Part shown: piece after piece, positions 29,357-38,726 of the stretch | How positions within the stretch are numbered: position 1 is the stretch's first letter | How the letters are laid out: the number at the start of each line of letters is the position of its first letter | IMG/VR virus record: IMGVR_UViG_3300044951_001887 | Coordinates: 5,168-69,167 of that record | DNA: 64,000 bases | DNA from: a virus | Direction: 5' to 3' (one strand) | Position numbers and translations under genes: made by a program | Notes under the pieces: model-generated | Told to the model about the DNA's origin: nothing | Databases searched by the model: none | What the model saw: only the letters and a program-made list of their open reading frames with translations

Positions 29357-31299
29357 AAATTACAGAACTGAAAATTGCCAACTTTCTGACCATCGGTAAC
29401 GCCGAGCTGGAGCTTGATGATCGTGGCTTGTTGCTGATTCAAGGCGACAACGAAGACGACACATCCGCTTCGTCGAATGGCGCCGGCAAGTCTTCGCTGG
29501 TCGATGCGATTTGTTGGTCGATTTACGGCACGACCGCCAGGGGCGTCACCGGTGACGCGGTCATCAACCGGGTGGCGAAGAAAAACTGTTCCGTCGTTGT
29601 GCGAATGGAAGACGGTGGCGACAAGTACAGCATTCATCGCTTTCGTAAAGACTCGCTGGAAAAGAATCAAGTGCTGGTCTACCAGACGGACGCCGCCGGC
29701 GTATCTGTCGACCTGTCCAAAGGTACAGACAAAGAAACGCAGGAAGTGATCAACCGTATCATGGGATGCAGCCTTGAAGTTTTCATGGCGGCGGTTTACG
29801 CGGGTCAAGAAAGAATGCCCGATCTGCCAGGCATGACGGACAAGATGTTGAAGGTGCTGATTGAAGAGGCTGCGGGGGTCGAAATCCTCACCGAAGCCTA
29901 CTCGGTAGCCCGTAGTCGCCTAATCGGGTCAAAGGCTCTTCTTGACACTCAGAACGGCCTGCATTCGGCTGCGCTCGAACGTCAAGTTCGTCTCGATATG
30001 GAGCTGCTGGATCAGAAGCGACAATCGCAAGAGTTCGAAGATGGTCGGCGGGATCGGGCAAAAGCAGAGTTGTCCAAAGCGATCCCGCTCGGCGCCGAAG
30101 TTTCTGAACTGAAGACGAAGATTATTGGCTTGAACGAGCCTATGGTCAAAAAAGAACTTGAAGAAATTCAAGCGCAGATGGCGAGCTTCAATGCTGATCA
30201 AGCGCACTACGACGGACTCGCAAAGCTCGCCACCGATCTTGAGCGTGATACGGGTCGCCTGAAGACTGAGTTCAACATGATTGCGGGCCATTTGAAGACT
30301 GCGGAAGCCGCACTGTCGGACATTGACAGTCAAGTTGGAAAACCTTGTGGCGAGTGTGGCAAGGTTTACTGCGAACACGACCTTGAAGCGGCGAAGAAAG
30401 TTCGCTTGGATGGCATTGCTGAGTACAAGCGGGTTTTGAAGAGCAAAGCAACAGCGTTCAAAGTGGTTCAGGAATCGGTTGAGACTGCGATACGCGTCGC
30501 CGCGACTTACAAAGCGACACTGCCCGACGTTTCAAGCGTGGCCGCAAGACAGAGCGCCCTGACCATCGTCGTGTCAGGCATCGTCGGCATGAGAAGCGAC
30601 ATCGAGCTGGCTGAAAAAGAAATCAAGCAACTCAAGATCAACGCCAATACCAGACTGACCGAAGCGAACCCCTGGACGAAAGCGATAGAGGTCAAAGCTG
30701 AAGAGGCTGTCAACAACGCTGCGGACATAGTCAGACTCGCGGGAAGTGTTGCGAGTCTTGAGGGCCAAACGAATTTGCTCAGTGATGCGGCGAAGGTCTT
30801 TGGCCCCGCCGGCGTTCGAGCACACATTCTTGACACCGTCACGCCATACCTGAACGAACGGACGCAAGAATACTTAGGCGCTCTTTCGGACGGCAACATT
30901 CACGCCACCTGGGCGACGCTCTCCAAGACCGCTAAAGGCGAGTTGCGGGAAAAGTTCAACATCGAAGTCACCAACGACAAGGGCGCCGAAAGCTTCGCCG
31001 GCATGTCGGGCGGTGAAAAGCGGAAGGTTCGCTTAGCTACCGCGATGGCGTTGCAAGACATGGTCGCCAGCAGGGCGTCGAAGCCAATAAATATCTTCAT
31101 CGCGGACGAGGTCGACCATGCGCTTGATGAGTTTGGCCTTGAGCGCTTGATGGGCATTTTGGAGCGCAAAGCGAGGGATCGCGGCAGCGTGTTGGTGATA
31201 AGTCATAACAGCCTCAGTGATTGGATAGACAACGTGATTACCGTCAAAAAGAACGGTGGTCTGGCATCAGTCTCGGGAGCGACAAGTCATGGCTTCTAG
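29353..31299 (+). CDS. SbcC/Rad50-like SMC ATPase
   Basis: NGAGKS, coiled coil, CGEC hook, SGGEK, IADE, ISH. Confidence 0.92.
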   Translation: MKITELKIANFLTIGNAELELDDRGLLLIQGDNEDDTSASSNGAGKSSLVDAICWSIYGTTARGVTGDAVINRVAKKNCSVVVRMEDGGDKYSIHRFRKDSLEKNQVLVYQTDAAGVSVDLSKGTDKETQEVINRIMGCSLEVFMAAVYAGQERMPDLPGMTDKMLKVLIEEAAGVEILTEAYSVARSRLIGSKALLDTQNGLHSAALERQVRLDMELLDQKRQSQEFEDGRRDRAKAELSKAIPLGAEVSELKTKIIGLNEPMVKKELEEIQAQMASFNADQAHYDGLAKLATDLERDTGRLKTEFNMIAGHLKTAEAALSDIDSQVGKPCGECGKVYCEHDLEAAKKVRLDGIAEYKRVLKSKATAFKVVQESVETAIRVAATYKATLPDVSSVAARQSALTIVVSGIVGMRSDIELAEKEIKQLKINANTRLTEANPWTKAIEVKAEEAVNNAADIVRLAGSVASLEGQTNLLSDAAKVFGPAGVRAHILDTVTPYLNERTQEYLGALSDGNIHATWATLSKTAKGELREKFNIEVTNDKGAESFAGMSGGEKRKVRLATAMALQDMVASRASKPINIFIADEVDHALDEFGLERLMGILERKARDRGSVLVISHNSLSDWIDNVITVKKNGGLASVSGATSHGF

Positions 31300-31891
31300 T
31301 CGTTCGGGTAGCGGTAATTTCCCAAGCTTTCGCGATTTAATGAATACGCCGGGTCTGAATACGAGCGATCCTTCAACCTGGCCCAAGAAGCTAACCTCTA
31401 TTATTCCTGCTGTAGATTTGGAGCACCTGAAAGCGTTCAATATGGCGACGGAACCGGTTGAGGAAGTGGACGCGTCTCTGGAGCATTTGCAGGATGAAAT
31501 AAACGAAAAAATCGCAGAGCATCCAAGTCCAAATCTAATGCTGACCGGCCCTGGCGCTTTGACTGTCATTTCGGGTTCGTCAAAATATTCAAAAGCAAAC
31601 CACATGGGCGGCGAGGAATTTAGAGTCTCGCACTGCTATGTTGGCAAAAGAAACAAGTTGATTTACGTCTTCACGCCGCGAGCGGTTACTTCCTACAAGA
31701 GCATGGAAATGCTTGAGATGGAAGCGAAGCAAAAGCTGGACGGCTTTACGAAGTATTTAGCCGTCATTGAGGATGGAAATTTTCAGAGAAAGAGGAATGA
31801 ATTACTGAAAAATGAATCTGTGAAAAAGGTGGAAAAGGAAGTGGCAAACATGACGGAAAAGTACGAAAGTCTTGGATTTGGGAGTTGGTAA
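31289..31891 (+). CDS. Hypothetical protein, C-terminus GFGSW
   Basis: ORF coupled to both neighbours. Confidence 0.6.
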   Translation: MASSRSGSGNFPSFRDLMNTPGLNTSDPSTWPKKLTSIIPAVDLEHLKAFNMATEPVEEVDASLEHLQDEINEKIAEHPSPNLMLTGPGALTVISGSSKYSKANHMGGEEFRVSHCYVGKRNKLIYVFTPRAVTSYKSMEMLEMEAKQKLDGFTKYLAVIEDGNFQRKRNELLKNESVKKVEKEVANMTEKYESLGFGSW

Positions 31892-32463
31892 TGAAAATAC
31901 GCGTAGTGGGTTTTGATCCATCAACATCGAATTGGGGAATATGTCATGCGGTTGTTGACGCGGACACAATGGACTTTACGGTTGATGATTTCAATCTGAT
32001 TCAAACGGAATCGGAGGTTAAGAAGGGCGTCCGCAAGGACTCGGATGACATTCGTCGCGCTCAAGAAGTCAGAGGCGGAATGCTGCTTGCCTGCACCGGC
32101 AAGTCGATTGCCATTTCTGAAATCCCCTTCATGAACCCCGGCGGCTATGCTTCCGCGAATTTCAATTCGGGACTGGTTACGGGCGTTTTGGCGAGTTGTC
32201 CAATTCCGCTGATTCAGGTCTTTCCGTCTGAAGTTAAATTTCAAGCAACCGGTATCAAGTCGGCCACCAAAGGCGAAATGATCGAGTGGGCCATGAACAA
32301 GTTTCCCGAAGCACCGTGGATCATGAGAAAGCTTCGCGGGAAACTGGTGCCGACCGCCGCTAATGAGCATCTTGCCGACGCGGTAGCAGCCATTCATGCC
32401 GGCATCAAATCCGACCAATTCAAATCGATGTTGGCAATGGGTCGGGCGATTAGCTCAGTCTGA
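31891..32463 (+). CDS. RuvC-like Holliday junction resolvase
   Basis: GFDPS..WG, SE.P, ATKGEM, HLADAVA. Confidence 0.8.
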   Translation: MKIRVVGFDPSTSNWGICHAVVDADTMDFTVDDFNLIQTESEVKKGVRKDSDDIRRAQEVRGGMLLACTGKSIAISEIPFMNPGGYASANFNSGLVTGVLASCPIPLIQVFPSEVKFQATGIKSATKGEMIEWAMNKFPEAPWIMRKLRGKLVPTAANEHLADAVAAIHAGIKSDQFKSMLAMGRAISSV

Positions 32464-32513
32464 TAAGGTAAGTCAGCGATGACTATAATTTATGAGTCAC
32501 CGCAGGAGTAAAA

Positions 32514-32993
32514 ATGCTGAAAAGAAGAATTGGATCGGAAGTGTTTCAGATTTATCGTAGGGTTAATCGTAGGGATATGGTTAGTTTTAAGTCTTTAGAT
32601 CCAAATGACATATTCAGGAGTGTTGCTCAAGAGTTGACCGCGTCGGTCGATAAAGCCTGCGTCGAATGCTGTAATTTTGTAATTGAGAAGCGCCAAGAGC
32701 CGGATTATTCAATGGATGCAGAAATATTCGGACTGCGCGCCAAATGCAAAGCCTACGAGAAAAAGTCAGGCGCCAAATTCAAAGACATTTGTCCTGATTT
32801 GGTTTCTGACGACAGAATCAGAGGCAAAAGTCTCAACTGGATGATCGTTGATGAGCTTGGCGACCATACGTGGTCAGATCGGCATAATCAGCCTGATCAC
32901 TTTGCTGACATCGTCGCTTACGGTCTGCAAACGAAGCGTCCAGCCGAAAAGTCAAGAGACACCCCCAAAACTGATTCAATAGAGGCGTGGTAG
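32514..32993 (+). CDS. Hypothetical protein, C-terminus SIEAW
   Basis: AGGAG RBS; own promoter/operator. Confidence 0.55.
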   Translation: MLKRRIGSEVFQIYRRVNRRDMVSFKSLDPNDIFRSVAQELTASVDKACVECCNFVIEKRQEPDYSMDAEIFGLRAKCKAYEKKSGAKFKDICPDLVSDDRIRGKSLNWMIVDELGDHTWSDRHNQPDHFADIVAYGLQTKRPAEKSRDTPKTDSIEAW

Positions 32994-33070
32994 CCTTATA
33001 TTGCAAATAAGTCACCGGTGATGTAATGTCACTGTCCCATTTGTTCCACAAAACCACAAGGAGTTCCAAA

Positions 33071-35497
33071 ATGACGCCTGCGCGTTCCTACGCAAAAGGT
33101 ATCGGTTTCGCTGTCGCTGATCGCACCATCAACCGCAAAATCGTCCGTGCCGTACCTGAATACAAAAAAACAATCGAACTGCCGAGACGCGACGATATGT
33201 CTCTGGATCATGAAGTGGACGTTTGGTGTAAATCCAATGGTCTTGTGATCGAAGGCTATACCGTCGGCTTCGGCGATGACCTGATCGTTCAGTGTGAACT
33301 GAGCGTCGTTGGCGAAACCCATACTGAAATTTGGGAAGATGTGGCAGAGCGTGTCGCTGCCGGTAACGCTTCGCTTGACCCGCGTGGACCTGAGTTTGTC
33401 GCACAAGAGTACAAGGCGATGAAGCATCACTTGCGTCAAGCCTCGACGCTGATGAGTGGTCGTCATCTTCAGCATGGCGATGAAACGCAGAGCACCCGAA
33501 ACATGGAAGTTTTTACCAACTGTTCAACCAGTGCCGTCAGCTTCTTGACGTTCTATCTGCTGCTGAACGGCTCCGGTGTCGGTCGCGCCTACGATGACTC
33601 GATGATGGTTGTTGACTACAGCAACCTGCCTATCGTTGTGCCCGTTATCGATATGTCCCACAAGGACTCTCAAAGTGGCGAAATCAAAGCGCTGGATCTT
33701 CGCAACGCGAAACATCTGTACGCCGGCAGAGACATTATCGACTTCCGCGTTCCTGATAGTCGCGAAGGTTGGGCAAAAGCCATTGAAGTGATCGAAATGC
33801 TGGCGTTCAAGGGCGATTACCGCGAAAGCGTTTTGTTGGTGGACTTCTCCGATGTTCGCCCGCGTGGTTCGCCGATCAAGGGTATGCAGAACCGTCCCGC
33901 CTCTGGCCCTGGCGCCATCATGGATGCGATTGCGAATGTCGCTAAGTTGCGCGACTCTGGCATGGCTACCTGGCGTGCCGCGATGTACGCCGATCATTAC
34001 CTTGCTGAATGCGTTTTAGTTGGCGGTGCGCGTCGTGCTGCTCGCATGGCGACGAAGTTTTGGAAAGACGAGACCGTTCTGGACTTCATTCAAGTCAAGC
34101 GTGGCGGGTTCTTGTGGTCGTCTAACAACAGCGTCACTGTGGATGCTGAGTTCTGGCGTCACGTTGAGAATGAAACCAACGGCGTGCATAGTCATGATCC
34201 TGCTCAAGATGAAGAGCAAAGACACGCTTTCGCTGTTTTCAATGCCATTTGTGAGGCTGCGTACTACGACCAGACTGGTGAGCCTGGCCTAATCAACGTC
34301 GATAAGCTGACGTGGAACGACGAAGGTCTGGAGTCTCTTGCTGACGGTGACTTCGCCAAATCTGATCGTTACAGTCTTGAGCCGGAAACGCTGGAGCTGA
34401 CCAAAGCGCTGTTTCAAGCTTGGCGCAAGTGCGCTTACAAGGTCATCACCAATCCGTGTGGCGAAATTGTTCTTGGTTCTTTGGGTGGGTATTGCGTGCT
34501 TGGAACCGTAGTGCCGTTTCATGCGGCGTTCAGACAAGTTAAGTCTGGCAAGACTTATCTGACTGTGGTTGCTGACGATGATGCCGAAGACGCCTTCCGT
34601 GTCGTTACTCGCGCTTTGATCCGCACCAATCTGATGAACTGTCTGTACGGCAAGGAGGTCGAGCGAACCAACCGGATTGGCGTCGGTATGACTGGATTGC
34701 ATGAGTACGCCTGGACTCGATTTCATTATGGTTTTCGCGACATCATTGACGAAGAAAAATCCAAAGATTTTTGGCTGATGCTGGCCCGCTTCAAACGTGC
34801 GGTTCAGAGTGAGGCGAAAGAATATTCTGAAATTCTTGGCGTTGCTGTTCCGCATACCAACACCACGATGAAGCCTGACGGCACAGTCGCGAAGTTATTT
34901 GGACTGACTGAAGGCGCCCACTTGGCATCCATGCGCGAATACTTGCGTTGGGTTCAGTTCCGAAACGATGACCCGCTTATCGAAGAGTACCGGGCCAAGG
35001 GCTATCCGATTCGCAACCTGCGCACTTACTCTGGCACAACTATCGTTGGCTTCCCAACAAAGCCGCTGATTTGTGATTTGGGCATGGGCGACAAGTTGGT
35101 GACTGCCGCCGAAGCTACGCCTGAAGAGCAATATCAATACCTGCGACTGCTTGAGAAGTATTGGATCATCGGTGTTGAAGAAGATGGTGTGACCCCGCTT
35201 GAGGATCGCGGGAATCAGGTCTCTTACACGCTCAAGTACGATCCAAAGGTCGTCGGGTATGATGAATTCAAGCGCACCTTGCTTGAAGGCCAAGCGAAGA
35301 TTCGTTGTTGCTCGGTGATGCCCCAAACGGACACTTCCGCTTACGAGTACATCCCGGAGCAGATGGTGACTAAACATGAGTTTGATGTTATTTCTGCCGC
35401 CATTTCCGAATCGGGTGACGCTAAGGAGGATATTGGAGCAGAACACGTAGATTGCGGAGGTGGAGCTTGTCCAATTTCATTTAATGAAAATAAATAA
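33071..35497 (+). CDS. nrdJ: Class II (B12-dependent) ribonucleotide reductase
   Basis: FTNCS, GGARRAA, TNPCGEI, TTMKPDGT, C-terminal CGGGACP; no nrdB partner nearby. Confidence 0.85.
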   Translation: MTPARSYAKGIGFAVADRTINRKIVRAVPEYKKTIELPRRDDMSLDHEVDVWCKSNGLVIEGYTVGFGDDLIVQCELSVVGETHTEIWEDVAERVAAGNASLDPRGPEFVAQEYKAMKHHLRQASTLMSGRHLQHGDETQSTRNMEVFTNCSTSAVSFLTFYLLLNGSGVGRAYDDSMMVVDYSNLPIVVPVIDMSHKDSQSGEIKALDLRNAKHLYAGRDIIDFRVPDSREGWAKAIEVIEMLAFKGDYRESVLLVDFSDVRPRGSPIKGMQNRPASGPGAIMDAIANVAKLRDSGMATWRAAMYADHYLAECVLVGGARRAARMATKFWKDETVLDFIQVKRGGFLWSSNNSVTVDAEFWRHVENETNGVHSHDPAQDEEQRHAFAVFNAICEAAYYDQTGEPGLINVDKLTWNDEGLESLADGDFAKSDRYSLEPETLELTKALFQAWRKCAYKVITNPCGEIVLGSLGGYCVLGTVVPFHAAFRQVKSGKTYLTVVADDDAEDAFRVVTRALIRTNLMNCLYGKEVERTNRIGVGMTGLHEYAWTRFHYGFRDIIDEEKSKDFWLMLARFKRAVQSEAKEYSEILGVAVPHTNTTMKPDGTVAKLFGLTEGAHLASMREYLRWVQFRNDDPLIEEYRAKGYPIRNLRTYSGTTIVGFPTKPLICDLGMGDKLVTAAEATPEEQYQYLRLLEKYWIIGVEEDGVTPLEDRGNQVSYTLKYDPKVVGYDEFKRTLLEGQAKIRCCSVMPQTDTSAYEYIPEQMVTKHEFDVISAAISESGDAKEDIGAEHVDCGGGACPISFNENK

Positions 35498-35565
35498 GTC
35501 AGCGATGACTTGACTTTGAGTGTCTACCTGAGTTATATTGGGTAGACACTTTTTATTGAGCGAAT

Positions 35566-36180
35566 ATGAAAATTATTGATCAAACCCTTAATTTGCCAGA
35601 CGAAGATTGGCTACCTGTCGTTGGTTGGGCTTCGTACTACGAGGTTTCCAACCTGGGTCGCGTGAGACGCAAAGAAGGCAGCGCATGTCGCTACAAGACG
35701 GCAAAAGTCCTTCGCCAGAAGGAGATGAAGCACGAAACGATGAAGAGAGGCTATCTTCAAGTGACGCTAAAAAACAGCGTGCTTGGCGCCAAGACAATGT
35801 ACGTTCATCGAATGGTTTGCCAGGCTTTTCATGGTTCGTCCCCCGATCCGCTGTATCAGTGCTGTCATGGCGATGGCGATTCACACAATAACAACAAGGA
35901 TAACCTTCGTTGGGACACGCGAAGCGCCAATGAGAATGACCGTATTTTGCACGGCACCCACAATAGAGGTCAGCGTCATGGTTTGAGCAAACTGAAGGAC
36001 GAACAGGTTATTGAAATCAAGCGCAGGCTGGTGAACGGTCAAAGCGCACGATCTTTGGCGAAGGAATACGAAGTGTCTCAGACGACGATAGGGGACATTA
36101 AGAAGGGCAGACGTTGGGTTTGGTGTGAGCTTCCAGTAGGCTCTACGTCTCCCGTTTCTTTCGGCGAAAACAACGCCTAA
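35566..36180 (+). CDS. NUMOD4-HNH endonuclease
   Basis: YEVSNLGRVR, VHRMVCQAF, CHGDG..NN..NLRW. Confidence 0.9.
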   Translation: MKIIDQTLNLPDEDWLPVVGWASYYEVSNLGRVRRKEGSACRYKTAKVLRQKEMKHETMKRGYLQVTLKNSVLGAKTMYVHRMVCQAFHGSSPDPLYQCCHGDGDSHNNNKDNLRWDTRSANENDRILHGTHNRGQRHGLSKLKDEQVIEIKRRLVNGQSARSLAKEYEVSQTTIGDIKKGRRWVWCELPVGSTSPVSFGENNA

Positions 36181-36251
36181 CGACATAAGTCACAACTGAC
36201 TATAATGTCTTCATGAAGGGTGAGAGAAATCCCACCCTTCGAAGGAAAGAA

Positions 36252-36428
36252 ATGAACAGAAAGACGCTTTCTCCCTGTATTCAGATTTGCAGGTTGGCAA
36301 ATAACGTTTGTATTGGCTGTGGAAGAACAGCAGATGAAATTAAAAGGTGGACCACGATGACTGAGAGTGAAAAAAAGAAATGCGCTGAGTCGGCTCAAGA
36401 GAGAGTTGGCGGCTTGGCATTCTTATGA
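36252..36428 (+). CDS. DUF1289-like small Cys-rich protein
   Basis: SPCIQIC..CIGCGRT.DEI..W. Confidence 0.75.
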   Translation: MNRKTLSPCIQICRLANNVCIGCGRTADEIKRWTTMTESEKKKCAESAQERVGGLAFL

Positions 36429-36670
36429 TTAGGTGGCCCGAATTCAGCTTGCCTCCGATCAATCTTTGGAACGTTCCGTTCCAGAGGTTCATTTCCACGA
36501 GGCTGTTTATTCTTTCGAATAACGATGCCACTCAGGCTCAAGCGGTAAAGCCTAATTCTCAAGCTGTTTTGAAGCGTTATTTGGAAAGCAGAATTGCCGG
36601 TTAAAATAAGTCATCAGTGATTGCACTCCCAATTATGACTGTGTAATATGTGTTCTGTGGTTGAAACAAG

Positions 36671-36747
36671 TGCGGGGTAGAGCAGACGGTAAGCTCGCCA
36701 GGTTCATTACCTGGAGGTCGCTGGTTCGATTCCAGCCCCCGCATCCA
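36671..36747 (+). tRNA. tRNA with CAT anticodon (Met, initiator-like D arm)
   Basis: Cloverleaf TGCGGGG/CCCCGCA, CCAGG-TTCATTA-CCTGG, TTCGA, CCA. Confidence 0.9.
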
Positions 36748-36766
36748 GTTCTTTAAATGATCAAAT

Positions 36767-37258
36767 ATGGGTGTGTTGATGACATTGATTGATTCTGTAT
36801 CGGACGATCAGTTCGCGTTGTTTGTGAGTGAAGCGAACCGCATTTCCGATGTAACGAAAATGGTTGGGTATGCGCCGTCAAGAAAATCGGACTGCGTTGT
36901 GTCGGATAGAATAAAGAAAATGTCGCTAAGCACCAGACATTTCAAAAATTGGAATTCGATGGCAAGCGTTCCGACAGATGAGCTTCTTGTTGTTGGGTCA
37001 GCGAGAAATAATCAGACAATCAAGAAGCGTCTGATTAAGGAAAATGTGCTGCCGTATGTCTGTGTGATTTGTGGTAATGATGGAAAGTGGATGGGCGAAG
37101 AGCTAGTTCTTCATCTTGATCACAAGAATGGAAATAATGATGACAATCGTTTTTCTAATTTAAGGTTTTTGTGTCCAAATTGTCACGCGCAAACTGACAC
37201 ATACGGCGGTAGAAATAACAAGATTATAAATGGGTGTGCGGCTACGATGGTGGAGTAG
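36767..37258 (+). CDS. HNH endonuclease within the tRNA cluster
   Basis: CVICG..LDHKNG..DN..NLRFLCPNCH. Confidence 0.9.
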   Translation: MGVLMTLIDSVSDDQFALFVSEANRISDVTKMVGYAPSRKSDCVVSDRIKKMSLSTRHFKNWNSMASVPTDELLVVGSARNNQTIKKRLIKENVLPYVCVICGNDGKWMGEELVLHLDHKNGNNDDNRFSNLRFLCPNCHAQTDTYGGRNNKIINGCAATMVE

Positions 37259-37319
37259 CGACGGACTGTAAATCCGTTACACAGAAACACTGTTGGTTCG
37301 ACTCCAACCACACCCACCA
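37232..37319 (+). tRNA. tRNA-Tyr(GTA)
   Basis: GGGTGTG/CACACCC, ACGGA-CTGTAAA-TCCGT, long variable arm, CCA. Confidence 0.9.
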
Positions 37320-37323
37320 GAAT

Positions 37324-37408
37324 TCGTCTGTGGTGAAATTGGTAAACACACCGGCTAATGGGGCCGGCGTCGAAAGACATGGGAGTTCGAGTCTCTCCGG
37401 GCGGACCA
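37324..37408 (+). tRNA. Leu-type tRNA body with an aberrant anticodon loop (TAATGGG)
   Basis: GTG-AAATTGGTAAA-CAC D arm, long variable arm, GGGAG-TTCGAGT-CTCTC, A-CCA. Confidence 0.7.
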
Positions 37409-37624
37409 AAATTCAAAGTTGTTGGCAACTCTGGATTGTAGTGAGAAGGACGGTGACTCTCGCAAGAGAGGATCATCGAAAGTGCATGAATGGCGAATGT
37501 GCGACGAAACAGTGCCTTTGACCGGGCAAATGTCGAAGTAAACAGCGTTCCGAAAATACCCGCCCTAGTCAGGTGAGGACGATAGGTAACATGCACTTCC
37601 GATGGTCGAAGTTGACCATGAAAG

Positions 37625-37950
37625 ATTGTCGTAATTCCTTCTAAGCGAAGGCATGTCGGACTCGGGGGCAGCACCCGACAGGTCCACCAAAGGGGCGTTT
37701 ACTCTGTCAAATGCAGGGTGTTCAACGTTTCAGTCTTACTGAAGGGTTGGCAGGAGCGTCCCTCTGATGGGCCTGACGCAGTTTCGACGGCGTGAGATAG
37801 CAGATGAGGCGACACGTCAGGCGATCGACGTAAATGAAGCAATCGTTTAAATGCAAACGACGAGCAGTACACTGTTCTACAAGCCGCCTAAATAACGGCC
37901 AGAACCGAGAACTCCACCACAGCGTAAGCTGCTTGGGAACAGAAGGTGGA
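37625..37950 (+). ncRNA. ssrA: Circularly permuted two-piece tmRNA; tag (A)ANDEQYTVLQAA
   Basis: The acceptor piece ends CAGGTCC-A-CCA at 37689 and the coding piece starts GGGCCTG at 37769 (G3.U pair). TTTCGAC, pk1 (ACGTC/GACGT; AGGCGAT/ATCGTTT) and the tag frame at 37853-37891 are present. Outer ends are approximate. Confidence 0.9.
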
Positions 37951-37973
37951 GACATACATAAAGGGCTAATTCT

Positions 37974-38726
37974 ATGTTTTTGGATGCAATATGCACTTCT
38001 CGGTATTACAAATTAATCAACCACTATCGTACAAACGCGATTGGAGAGAAGCATCACATTATTCCGAAATCAATGGGTGGCTCAAATGACGCTACTAATT
38101 TAGTTGTCGTTCCGGAGAGGGTGCATTTCATTCTTCATTGGCTGCTTACGCGCATGACAACCGGCGATAACAAAGTAAAAATGCACCGCGCATTTTGGAG
38201 AATGATGAATCCTCAAAATGTTAAGCATAACAGGACTTATAGAGTCACTTCAAGGCAATACGAAAAGACAAGGGCTTACGTCAAAAGAATAATGATTGAG
38301 AATAACCCCATGTTTAGCGCAGAAACAAAAGCTAAAAAGACTGGCGTAAAGCGTCCAGAGCAAGCAGAAGTTGCTAGGCTGGTAAATGAAAAACGGTGGG
38401 CTGGAGAGCGGGAACCGAAAGCTTACGAACACCAGTGTAAAGAGTGTGGCTGTGACTTTAAAACGTCAACTCCGAGCAGTAAGTTTTGTACGATAAGTTG
38501 TTCTTCAACTTATTTCTCCAGAGTAAGTGAAAACTCTCTATCAAAGGGAAATCTAGGAAAGCCGTCATGGAATGCGGGGAAGAAATGCGGTCACTCTAGC
38601 GACAATGGTAAAAATGGAGCGCTGAAGTTATCTGAAAAAGTGACTGGACGTAAGATGGCGAAGAGGCCAGACGGGTCCAGATATTGGGTTTATCCAAACG
38701 ACGAGCAGTACCTTGCCGTAGCCTAA
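37974..38726 (+). CDS. HNH endonuclease ending in an ssrA-like tag (NDEQYLAVA)
   Basis: EKHHIIPKSMGGSN..NLV..HF..H.LL; CxxC..CxxxC. Confidence 0.88.
   Translation: MFLDAICTSRYYKLINHYRTNAIGEKHHIIPKSMGGSNDATNLVVVPERVHFILHWLLTRMTTGDNKVKMHRAFWRMMNPQNVKHNRTYRVTSRQYEKTRAYVKRIMIENNPMFSAETKAKKTGVKRPEQAEVARLVNEKRWAGEREPKAYEHQCKECGCDFKTSTPSSKFCTISCSSTYFSRVSENSLSKGNLGKPSWNAGKKCGHSSDNGKNGALKLSEKVTGRKMAKRPDGSRYWVYPNDEQYLAVA

Noticed and set aside
17581-35497. Introns or inteins in dnaE, recA or nrdJ
   Set aside because: The ORFs are continuous and of plausible length, and no intein splice motifs were seen; the endonucleases are free-standing
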